Shown here: positions 41,942 to 50,119 of the stretch, piece by piece
Layout of the letters: each line of letters starts with the position of its first letter
Position numbering within the stretch: position 1 is the first letter of the stretch
Origin: Candidatus Marinacidobacterales bacterium
GTDB lineage: Bacteria > Acidobacteriota > Vicinamibacteria > Marinacidobacterales > SMYC01
NCBI GenBank assembly: GCA_965237955.1
Contig: OZ250169.1
Location: 1,600,001 to 1,664,000, forward strand
DNA length: 64,000 bases
Reading direction: 5' to 3'
The notes under the pieces: model-generated
What the model was told of the DNA's origin: nothing
The model's database searches: none
What the model saw: the letters and a program-made list of their open reading frames with translations, nothing else
Translations under genes and position numbers: made by a program

Positions 41942-43228
41942 GTGACGATGAGCACCGTAGGGGGGACGATTTGTCCTGAGTGCAGCGCTCCGGTCAAGGT
42001 GCGTCTCATCGGTGGTGAGGCGTGTCCGCAGTGTGAATCGTCGAAAGCCTGGGAGCGCTACGGCGGGGACGGCCACAAGCTCGTCATCCACAAGCGGGAT
42101 ATTGCAGAGGCCGAAGCCAAGATCACCGGACAAGCCGACGGTTCGGCGGCGACGGCGCGGTACTGGTTGCCGGGTCTTCTTGCTCTCGGCGTCGGCATCG
42201 GAGCGAGCTTTTTCGTGCGCGAGCTCTTCAGCGCTCGTCCGCTCGGTCCCTTGGAGCCGTTGGTCGCGGAGCTGCAGCGAACGTCCCTCATGCGCGCAGG
42301 GCTCGGCGTTGTGGCTCTCGCGGTAGGCATTGCATCGACGCTCGCGCAGAAAAAGGGATCTCTGTTCAGGAACGCGACTCTCCTCATCGTGAACTTGTCC
42401 GCGGTGCTCGTGGGAGCGGTCACGATGCTCGTCGGTGCATTTCAATGGGCCAACTGGGGCGGTGCGAGCGGCGTCGGCTGGGCTCACATGGCGATGCCGC
42501 CGCTCGCGGGAGCTCTGTCAACGACGCAGGCGATCACCGCCCAAGAGAAATCCATCATGTCGGCGACGACGGTTCTGGTCGCACCGGATGGGAACGGAGA
42601 CGCGCGCGGAATGTCGTTGGGATCGGGCGCTGTCATCCGCAGCGACAGCGGAGCTGCATTTGTGGTGACCTGCTCTCACGTCGCCATGCCGTATGCTTCG
42701 GTTGCGGCTTTCCGGGATCCTAAGGATGCCCATCCCGTGTGGGTCTATTTTTCGGATGGGCGCCATGCCGAGGGACATGTCGTGTGGACCGCCGAGCCGC
42801 CCCTCGACGTCGCGGTCGTGCGCGTCGACATCGAAGACCCTCCCAATCCGGTACCGGTGCGCGCGAGCGCGGATGCGGCCGAGCAAGGGTTCGACGTGTC
42901 GTTCGTGCCCAACCCGTTCCGCTCGGGATGGACGGTGCACCGCGGCAAAGTGCTGAAGCGGGAGTCGCACCGGACGCCTGCCGGAGAATACAGTTTGATC
43001 TATACCAGTTTGCCGGTGCAGCCGGGGGACAGTGGTACCGGGCTCTTCGATAGTTTGGGTCGCCTCGTCGGGCTCAACACGTGGACGCAGATCGAAGAAG
43101 GGGGACCGAGGGGCATCAGCTTGCCGTCGAACACGATGGAGCGCATCGTCGAGATGATGGAGATGACGGAGATGATGGACGCCAACGAGCTCGTCAACTT
43201 GGACGGGCTGGATGGGGCAGATCCATGA
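41942..43228 (+). CDS. Membrane-anchored trypsin-like serine protease with N-terminal Zn ribbon
   Basis: CPEC..CPQC, about 3 TM helices, triad motifs TCSHV / LDVAVV / PGDSG..LFD..GRLVGLNT. Confidence 0.82.
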   Translation: MTMSTVGGTICPECSAPVKVRLIGGEACPQCESSKAWERYGGDGHKLVIHKRDIAEAEAKITGQADGSAATARYWLPGLLALGVGIGASFFVRELFSARPLGPLEPLVAELQRTSLMRAGLGVVALAVGIASTLAQKKGSLFRNATLLIVNLSAVLVGAVTMLVGAFQWANWGGASGVGWAHMAMPPLAGALSTTQAITAQEKSIMSATTVLVAPDGNGDARGMSLGSGAVIRSDSGAAFVVTCSHVAMPYASVAAFRDPKDAHPVWVYFSDGRHAEGHVVWTAEPPLDVAVVRVDIEDPPNPVPVRASADAAEQGFDVSFVPNPFRSGWTVHRGKVLKRESHRTPAGEYSLIYTSLPVQPGDSGTGLFDSLGRLVGLNTWTQIEEGGPRGISLPSNTMERIVEMMEMTEMMDANELVNLDGLDGADP

Positions 43229-44220
43229 GCAACTTTCGACTACGTCGTCTACAGTCGGACTACGAGGCGGTGAAACGTCTCGTTCACTTGCATCCGAAGA
43301 TCGAGGTCGAGGGGGTGAGCGGAAACCCACCCGACCGCTATCGGTTGGTGATGCGGGTTCGCTCGCTGCGCGAGCAGGGCGAGCGCGTCGATCTCGCCAG
43401 AGAACATCGCCTCGAGATCACGCTTCCCAAGGGCTACCCGCGAGATGCACCGGTGTGTCGCATGCTCACGCCGGTCTTTCATCCCAACATCGCGCCGCAT
43501 ACGGTTTGCATCGGGGATCACTGGAGCGCTGCCGAGCGCCTCGACGAGATGATCCAACGCGTCGGAGAAGTGCTGGGGTTTCAGAGCTACAACGTGCAGA
43601 GCCCGCTGAACGGCCAGGCGGCGCGCTGGGTCGAAGAGCACATGCATCGGCTGCCGATCGAAAAAGAAGAGTTTTTCATCGATCTTTCGAGCGCCGTGCA
43701 CCGTGACGTCAAGACCGCGAGTCAAGATCAATGCTCCAACTGCGGCGCCAAGGACAAACCGCTCGAGCCGTGCGGGACGGGGCACGTCCTGTGCGGCGAT
43801 TGCGTCGCGCACTGCAAAGTATGTGGGTCGGTTCTTTGCCTCGCCTGTGGATCGACCAGTTGCAAGGCATGTGCTCAGGCCGCACTCGCGGCTACGGCGC
43901 CGACGGCGGCGAGAGTGCAGGCGCCCGTCAACCCCACTCGGCCAACCGGGCCCACCGGGCCGGGCGCGGCCACAGGCGCCACCGCGACCGCGACTTCGAC
44001 CGCGACGTCTGTCTCTGCTGTTCCCGCAAAAGCCGCGCCCGAGGCCGCCGCGGCGCAGCATCAAGGTTGGGTCTGCAGCAATTGTGGCACGCGAGATACC
44101 AAGGCCGTGCAGTGTCGCCAAAAACACATCCTGTGCTCGAATTGCATGATTCGCTGTCAGACCTGTGGGCGCGGGTTGTGCATGATGTGCGGCCAGTACC
44201 CTTGCCAGGCGTGCGCCTGA
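43225..44220 (+). CDS. E2 ubiquitin-conjugating (UBC) domain fused to two Cys-rich RING-like Zn-finger repeats
   Basis: RLRRLQSDY, LPKGYPRDAP, TPVFHPNI....VCIGDHW, SPLNGQAARW; two CxxC-x9-CxxxH-xx-CxxC-CxxC-CxxC-CxxC units. Confidence 0.88.
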   Translation: MSNFRLRRLQSDYEAVKRLVHLHPKIEVEGVSGNPPDRYRLVMRVRSLREQGERVDLAREHRLEITLPKGYPRDAPVCRMLTPVFHPNIAPHTVCIGDHWSAAERLDEMIQRVGEVLGFQSYNVQSPLNGQAARWVEEHMHRLPIEKEEFFIDLSSAVHRDVKTASQDQCSNCGAKDKPLEPCGTGHVLCGDCVAHCKVCGSVLCLACGSTSCKACAQAALAATAPTAARVQAPVNPTRPTGPTGPGAATGATATATSTATSVSAVPAKAAPEAAAAQHQGWVCSNCGTRDTKAVQCRQKHILCSNCMIRCQTCGRGLCMMCGQYPCQACA

Positions 44221-44222
44221 AC

Positions 44223-44409
44223 TGTCGGAATTCCAGACACCGCCTGCGTTTTCCCCAAGTCACGCTGCTCCCAAGAGTTAACACTGTCCTCCTGGGACCG
44301 GGTGTCGGCTCGCATGACAACCGGAGCGTCCGAGCAAACCACTCAGCGCGCGAACGTCCTGGTTTCACGCTGGTAAATCCGCAACACCCGTGTTGGCGCG
44401 ATGTTTGCT
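44223..44409 (+). promoter_or_regulatory. Sigma54 promoter with two upstream TGT-N11-ACA boxes
   Basis: tgtcggaattccagaca (44223-39), tgtcggctcgcatgaca (44303-19), TGGCGCG-ATGT-TTGCT (44394-44409). Confidence 0.7.
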
Positions 44410-44441
44410 TTGACTTTGATGTACTCAACCAAAGGACGGGA

Positions 44442-44594
44442 ATGGACGAGGGACGTCTGCGCGAATTCGAGGACTGGGCGCTCAGCGAGCGATCGCAGCT
44501 CAGCGACTCCGAGAACGTACTGCTCGACGCGATCGCGGAAGCGTGTTTGGCGGTTCGCCTAGCATGGCAAGACCAAGAATCCCGTCGCGGGTAG
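44442..44594 (+). CDS. Small acidic helical protein (50 aa)
   Basis: AAAGGA RBS; lies directly downstream of the sigma54 site; MDEGRLREFEDWALSERSQLSDSENVLLDAIAEACLAVRLAWQDQESRRG. Confidence 0.55.
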   Translation: MDEGRLREFEDWALSERSQLSDSENVLLDAIAEACLAVRLAWQDQESRRG

Positions 44595-44818
44595 CTCGAA
44601 GCGTGGCGTGACAAAGCGAAGACCTACCGAGAAGAGCTTCAAAAAGACCATGAGGCCATTGAAGGCGCCGACATCGAGCTTGCCGTCGGGGACAAAGATG
44701 CCGCGGTCAAGGCACGCTCCATCCTGAACGATCGTCTGCAAACCCACCCCGAAGTCGAGTAGAGCGCTTTCACGCTTTCACGTTGCCGAGAAAAACGAGC
44801 CTACTGAATCCGCCCGAT

Positions 44819-45865
44819 TCACTCTTCCAGCTTGCCGGAGAGGCGAGAGAAGTAGGATCGCAGCTTCGCAGGATCGCTCGTCGTGGCAAGCACGGCGACG
44901 AGCACGAGGCGGGCTTTCAAGCCGTCCAGATCCTCGCCCGAGATCACGCCGGAGCGCTTCGCATCGTCACCGACCAGGACGCGGCCGCCACCGGCGCGCG
45001 CCGTGAACACGACTGTGACGTCCTGGTTGCGCGCGTCCCGAACCGCGTCCATGACTTTCGGCGGAACATTCCCGCGCCCGAACACCTCGAGCACGATACC
45101 TCGCTGACCGGAGGCGACCGCGGCGCGGACTTGGCTTCCGTCGCTTCCTGTGAAGAGTCGAATGAGGGTGACCCGCGGCTCGACGGCATCGACGTCGAGC
45201 GTGAGTCGACGCGCCGGCTTGCGAGCCAGGTAGATGTTCTCGCCGTCGAAATACCCGAGCGGGCCGAATCCCGGTGACGCGAAAGCGTTGGTTGCGACGG
45301 TGTGGGTCTTCCGCACGTCGCGCGCCGTATGGATCTCGTCGTTCAACGTGACGAGAACCCCGAGACCTCTTGCTCCCTCGGTCGCGGCCAGGCGAACTGC
45401 GTTCAGGAGATTGCGAGGAGCGTCGGTGTCGCTTCGACGCGGCGGTCGCATCGCCGCCACGAACACCACGGGGCGATCGTCCTCCAACAAAAGGTCGAGG
45501 AGGAAAGCGGTTTCCTCGAGCGAATCGGTTCCATGGGTGACGACGATTCCCGAGAGCTCCGGCTCATCGTGGAAGAGCTCGTTGACGCGCTTTGCGATGC
45601 CGAATTGCAGCTCCGGCGTCATGCGCGAGCTTCCGATCGCCATGTAGTCCTCCACGCTCAGCTCGGCGACGCTCGCCAGCGCTGGGTTCAGCTCTTTGAG
45701 CTCGGCCGCGGACAGCGAGCCGGCGCGGCCACCGGCGATCGTCCCGCCGGTAGCGATCAAGCGCACTTTCGGCTCGTCGGAAGCGGAGACACTGGAAGCG
45801 CACAGGATGAGTGCGCACAAGATCCGCTGATAGTTCCAGTTACCCACGCGTGCGTGTTTTAGCAC
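44819..45865 (-). CDS. L-asparaginase/glutaminase (type II-like, signal peptide); start uncertain
   Basis: ATGGTIAG, HGTDSLEETAF, AMRP, KTHT, G.GNVP. Confidence 0.9.
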   Translation of the reverse strand: MLKHARVGNWNYQRILCALILCASSVSASDEPKVRLIATGGTIAGGRAGSLSAAELKELNPALASVAELSVEDYMAIGSSRMTPELQFGIAKRVNELFHDEPELSGIVVTHGTDSLEETAFLLDLLLEDDRPVVFVAAMRPPRRSDTDAPRNLLNAVRLAATEGARGLGVLVTLNDEIHTARDVRKTHTVATNAFASPGFGPLGYFDGENIYLARKPARRLTLDVDAVEPRVTLIRLFTGSDGSQVRAAVASGQRGIVLEVFGRGNVPPKVMDAVRDARNQDVTVVFTARAGGGRVLVGDDAKRSGVISGEDLDGLKARLVLVAVLATTSDPAKLRSYFSRLSGKLEE

Positions 45866-46047
45866 ACGTGGGGGAAAAGGGGACGGTCTAGATCACGGAC
45901 AGCCGCGCTACGAGAGCCTATAATAGAACGCTAAACCTCGACCCGAAAAATCAATTGAGCGCGTAAGCGATGTCTTATTCTGCCAACGGCGGATCGAATC
46001 CCCCCAACCCGCAGTCGTTGGCCACACCGATCGCGGGGGGGAAGCGT

Positions 46048-46653
46048 ATGAAGACCGTACTGGACCTCATCGGGGAGTTCGCTGTTCTTCATGATGCCAA
46101 GGTCATGTGGGGCGGAAAGTTACCCAACGAAGCGGAGCAGCGTTGGGAGGAGCTCAAAGACTTCTACGACCTTCTCATGTCCAAAAGCGGTGTCGGTCCG
46201 CGACCGGTCACGCGGCAATTCTCCGCGAAGGATATCGAGGAAAAAGTCACGTCGCGCGAGCGGCTGCGGGTTCCGGTCGAGATGGACATGATCTTCCGCG
46301 CAGGCGAGGAGTTCCACGCGGCCAAAGGCGTCAACGTGAGCCGTGGCGGTCTCTACCTTTCGTCACCCCTGATTCTTCCTGTCTCAACGACGGTAACGGT
46401 TTACCTCGCGAGCTCCGACGTCACCCATGAATCGCTCCTCGAAGCACCCGGCGAGGTCGTGTGGGCAACCGAAGAAGGCCGCGATCAGGCTTCGCTGCCT
46501 CCGGGCATGGGCATCAGCTTCACGACGCAAGAAGGACACCTCGAGCGCCATCTCGACGCGATGGTCATTAACTCGCTGGTGCGCCATCTCTCGGGCGTGG
46601 ATGCCAATTGCTTCGCCCCGGAGTTCCTCTTGAAAGAAAGCGTCGAGCTGTAA
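46048..46653 (+). CDS. PilZ domain protein
   Basis: RERLR (RxxxR), NVSRGG, GEVVW...GMGISF. Confidence 0.85.
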   Translation: MKTVLDLIGEFAVLHDAKVMWGGKLPNEAEQRWEELKDFYDLLMSKSGVGPRPVTRQFSAKDIEEKVTSRERLRVPVEMDMIFRAGEEFHAAKGVNVSRGGLYLSSPLILPVSTTVTVYLASSDVTHESLLEAPGEVVWATEEGRDQASLPPGMGISFTTQEGHLERHLDAMVINSLVRHLSGVDANCFAPEFLLKESVEL

Positions 46654-46790
46654 AGATCAACGCAAAGGCGCAGAGTCGCCAAGGCGCAAAGTGAGCGCCT
46701 TCGCGCGGATTCTCTCGTGAGTCGTGGGCGTGCGGAGCTCAGACACGCGCCGCAAGACGCAACTAACTGCTTTCGGATGCTGATATTTCT

Positions 46791-48174
46791 GGGTCTACGC
46801 GGGTTCGTGTGGGTTGAAAACGGCATTTCTGGGTAATGGCGGAAGGAATGCCGCCACGATCTTCAGCTTGAGATATCCCTCGTCACGATAGCCGTAGGCG
46901 CGTCGTTGCAGAACACGGATTTTGTTGTTGACCCCTTCAACCAGTCCGAGACTGACTTTGTTCTCAGGATGACAGTAGGAGGCGATACCATCCCAATGGG
47001 ACTCAATCATTCCGGCGAACTTCTGGTAGGGATGCAGGCGCTGCCATTTGAGGCTGTCTTTCCAACGTGTGAAAAAGGCGCGAGCCCCGCGTTCGGTGCG
47101 GTAATCCCAGAGTTGCCCGAAGGCCTCCTTCAAAACATAGGCGGTGTTCAGGCGCCGGTTGGCCTGGAGCAACTTCTTGAGTGCGCGGCGACCGTCCAGG
47201 CTCAGGTTCTCCCGCCGGGAAAGCAACGTGTAACGCTGCCCCTTGATATACGACCGGTCCTCGCCGCTGAGGCGTTTGTACTCACGGCGCCGGACCTCAT
47301 CGAGAGCCTTTGACAGGTGACGCATGATATGAAACTTGTCGAAGATGATCCGCGCATTGGGTGCGTTGTTAATCACCGAGTTCCGGAAGGGCTTCCACAT
47401 ATCCATGGCGGCCAGCTTGATACGGGCGCTTTTCTTCCCGCCCAGCGCCTTGAAGAACAAATCGATGTCGGTTTCTTTGCGACCCTCACCGCCCACCCAG
47501 ATGGGACGCGCCCGCTCCAGGTCGCTGACAATGACACGATAGTTATGTCCCTTGCGGATGGAGATCTCATCAATACCGATGGCCCGAGGCGCCGGCAGCC
47601 CCGCCCGCTCGACTTGCTCTTGCATGTAGAGCTTATCCAGGTCCTTCACCGTAGTGTGGTGCAGACGTTCCATCTCGGCCACCGCCTTGTTCGGCATATC
47701 CCGGCACAGCTTGCCCACATGCGTCGCAAAGCGCTGGGTGTAGCGCGGGTTGTTCGCCAGCCAGTCCAAGTGTTCTACATGCACACCACCGCACCCACGA
47801 CAGTTGACGCGCCAACGCTCGTATTCCAGATAGATCCGCCAGCCTGCCAACGACAGGTCGCGGACCCGGCACACTTGCTTGTCATAGCGCCCCCGGCACC
47901 GATGCCCACAGTACGAGCACACGGCTGTTTTTTTCGCCTCTTGAGCTGGATGACGCGGGCGTATCGGTCACCGAATACACCGTTCAATCGGGCGCCAGCC
48001 ACGAAACCTGGTAGCGCAAAAAGCGAGCGGATCGACTGGGGATTTTTCACTCGGTTAGCCTATCCGAAAAACGGATCACTTCTCAGCACCTGATGAAGTG
48101 CTGAATACCTTTTCCACACAATGAGTTACACTATTTCTCCGTCAGCATTCGCCCACAGATTTCCGCGTAGACCC
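46791..48174 (-). mobile_element. ISL3 family insertion sequence (1384 bp) with 8-bp target duplication
   Basis: TIRs gggtctacgcgg..tgtggg / cccaca..ccgcgtagaccc; ATATTTCT duplicated at 46783-46790 and 48175-48182; lower GC than the flanks. Confidence 0.95.
46795..48050 (-). CDS. ISL3 transposase, two ORFs joined by a probable -1 frameshift at A7 (47928-47934)
   Basis: CxxC Zn finger, IGIDEIS..KGHNY, AMDMW, FDKFH, EG.NNKI....RRAYG; upstream ORF ends ...LKRRKK at A AAA AAA C. Confidence 0.9.
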
Positions 48175-48222
48175 ATATTTCTTTGCGTACTTCGCGTCTT
48201 CGCGCCTTTGCGTTCCGTTCTT

Positions 48223-50064
48223 TTAGAGCCCCGGGTAGGGGGCGGGCTCGATATGGACGAACGCGCCGACGTAGCGCCGATCACGTTGGGCGCGGCTTTC
48301 GAGCAGCGGAACGGCACCCAGCTCGGTCTCGATGGAAACGAGATAGCAAAAGCTTCGGTGCCCGAAGTCTTCATACGGAAATGGTTTCCCCGCGGGTAGC
48401 TCGAGGATTACCTTCGTACCGGGAGCCATCGGGCGCGTCTCGCATCCGCCCGGGACACAAACTCGCACCCGATTGGGTCGTCCCGCCACGTTGGTGACCC
48501 GCACCACGAGCTCGGTCAACTCGACGTTCGTGCGGACGACCATTTCCGCGGTCGTCCCCCCTTTGACGTGGAAGCCGAGACCGCCTGGGCTTCGGCGCTC
48601 GCGACCCCATGTGTTGTTGTCGAGAAAGTAGCCGAGAAAACCGTCGTCGAACCGCTGGCGGAACTTCCGCGGGTCACTGTTGGTCGGCAGGTGGTTGATC
48701 GCCGATAGCTCGGGAGGCAGCCACTTGAAGACGCCGACGGTGGCATGCTCGCCGGGGCGGCGCCCGGCTTCGAACGGTCCGATCAGGATCGACACCACGA
48801 AGACCGACGCCACGCCCCAAGACGCTAGAATCGGCACCAGTGGCCGGGTGATGTTCGCGACGAGAAAGAAATAGAGTGGGAACAAATTCGTAAAGTAGCG
48901 ATTGCCGAGCGTTCCCGCCCCGCCAAAATAGTTCGTCGGACTCCATACGACGAGAAGCATGCCGCCCAACGTCGCGATACCGAGAACGAGCCACTGGTAG
49001 AGCCGTTTGTCCCGCGAGAACAGAAACAGGAACAACGCCGCGGCCGCGGGAAAGAAGTAGATCGTCACGCCGGAAAAACGTCCGACGTGGAAGAAAACCA
49101 CATCGTGTGCGACGATGTCCCAGGGCTGGTGGGTGTAGATGACATCGGTCCTCATGTCGAGACCGGTGTTCTCGAAGTTCAAGTGCGGTAGCTGATAGGG
49201 ATAGGTGCCGCCGAAAGTCTTGCGCTCGCCTCCCTGGTAGTTCATGTCGCCTGTGATCAGCAGATTCGCGATGAATAGACCCCCGAGGAACAAAGCGAAC
49301 ACGGCGCCGACTCTGAGTCCGCGAAGCCACTGGCGGCGCCACGCGAGCAGGACGAGGAACGGAATGATCAAGAAGAGGTTGTTCGGCTTCGAGTAGGTGA
49401 CCGCCCCCCAAATCGCCGCCGCGATGAGATCGGATGTGAGCCCTCGCAAGACGAAGGGAGGATCGTCCGCCTGTTCTTTGTAGAGCCAGAAAAACGCTCC
49501 CAGGAACACCAGGCACAAATTGAAGAGCTCGGGTGTGACCCAGACGAAGTACGCAGGTGCGACCGATGCGAAGAAGAATGTTCCCGTGAACGCCAGGGCG
49601 ATGAAGCGCGAGTTCGAAGCAGCGAGAAAAAAATAACCCGCCAACAAGACTGCGGTGAACAACACGGCGTGCATCAACAGCAAGCCGTTCGTTCCGAACA
49701 CACGCACGAACGGGGCCGCGACGAGCGAATACAGAAACGCCTTCGCGAAATAGATGTCGTCCGTCAGCGGGCCTTGGCTGACGAGAAAGGGAACTTCCGT
49801 CGTCAGGGTCAAGTCGAGCTCGCGGCCTTTCTTGAGGAAGATGCCGGACGGGCCGTTTCTGAACTCGCGGAAAACGCGCTCGACGTCTTCCCGCGCGAAG
49901 AGGAGATCGCCATCGAACGCGAGGCTGTGCGCCATCGTGTAGTACGTCGCGCCGTCGCTCCAGAAACTTCCAGCCGCGCGCGGGTAGTCGACGGAGAGCG
50001 AGAACCCCGTCAAGACAAGACCGACGGCCGCAATGGCGGCAAGCTGGCCCCGATGCTCACTCAT
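48223..50064 (-). CDS. Polytopic membrane protein, GT-C-fold glycosyltransferase-like
   Basis: TM1 followed by loop WSDGATYYTMAHSLAFDGDL, about 11 TM, PELFN, SKP, GNRYF. Confidence 0.6.
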   Translation of the reverse strand: MSEHRGQLAAIAAVGLVLTGFSLSVDYPRAAGSFWSDGATYYTMAHSLAFDGDLLFAREDVERVFREFRNGPSGIFLKKGRELDLTLTTEVPFLVSQGPLTDDIYFAKAFLYSLVAAPFVRVFGTNGLLLMHAVLFTAVLLAGYFFLAASNSRFIALAFTGTFFFASVAPAYFVWVTPELFNLCLVFLGAFFWLYKEQADDPPFVLRGLTSDLIAAAIWGAVTYSKPNNLFLIIPFLVLLAWRRQWLRGLRVGAVFALFLGGLFIANLLITGDMNYQGGERKTFGGTYPYQLPHLNFENTGLDMRTDVIYTHQPWDIVAHDVVFFHVGRFSGVTIYFFPAAAALFLFLFSRDKRLYQWLVLGIATLGGMLLVVWSPTNYFGGAGTLGNRYFTNLFPLYFFLVANITRPLVPILASWGVASVFVVSILIGPFEAGRRPGEHATVGVFKWLPPELSAINHLPTNSDPRKFRQRFDDGFLGYFLDNNTWGRERRSPGGLGFHVKGGTTAEMVVRTNVELTELVVRVTNVAGRPNRVRVCVPGGCETRPMAPGTKVILELPAGKPFPYEDFGHRSFCYLVSIETELGAVPLLESRAQRDRRYVGAFVHIEPAPYPGL

Positions 50065-50119
50065 GCTGGGAACATTCTAGCTGATGGCTGACGGCCGATG
50101 GCCGATGGCGGGTCCGGTC

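Larger units (their letters stand above)
46659..48214. repeat. cgcaaaggcgcaaag-family palindromic element split by ISL3 (arms about 46659-46714 and 48181-48214)
   Basis: aacgcaaaggcg (46659) pairs with cgcctttgcgtt (ending 48214); left part nearly identical to the element at 11622. Confidence 0.75.

Noticed and set aside
44559-44790. Minus-strand 62-aa ORF or gene remnant downstream of asparaginase
   Set aside because: No RBS or recognisable motif, and it overlaps the better-supported plus-strand 50-aa ORF
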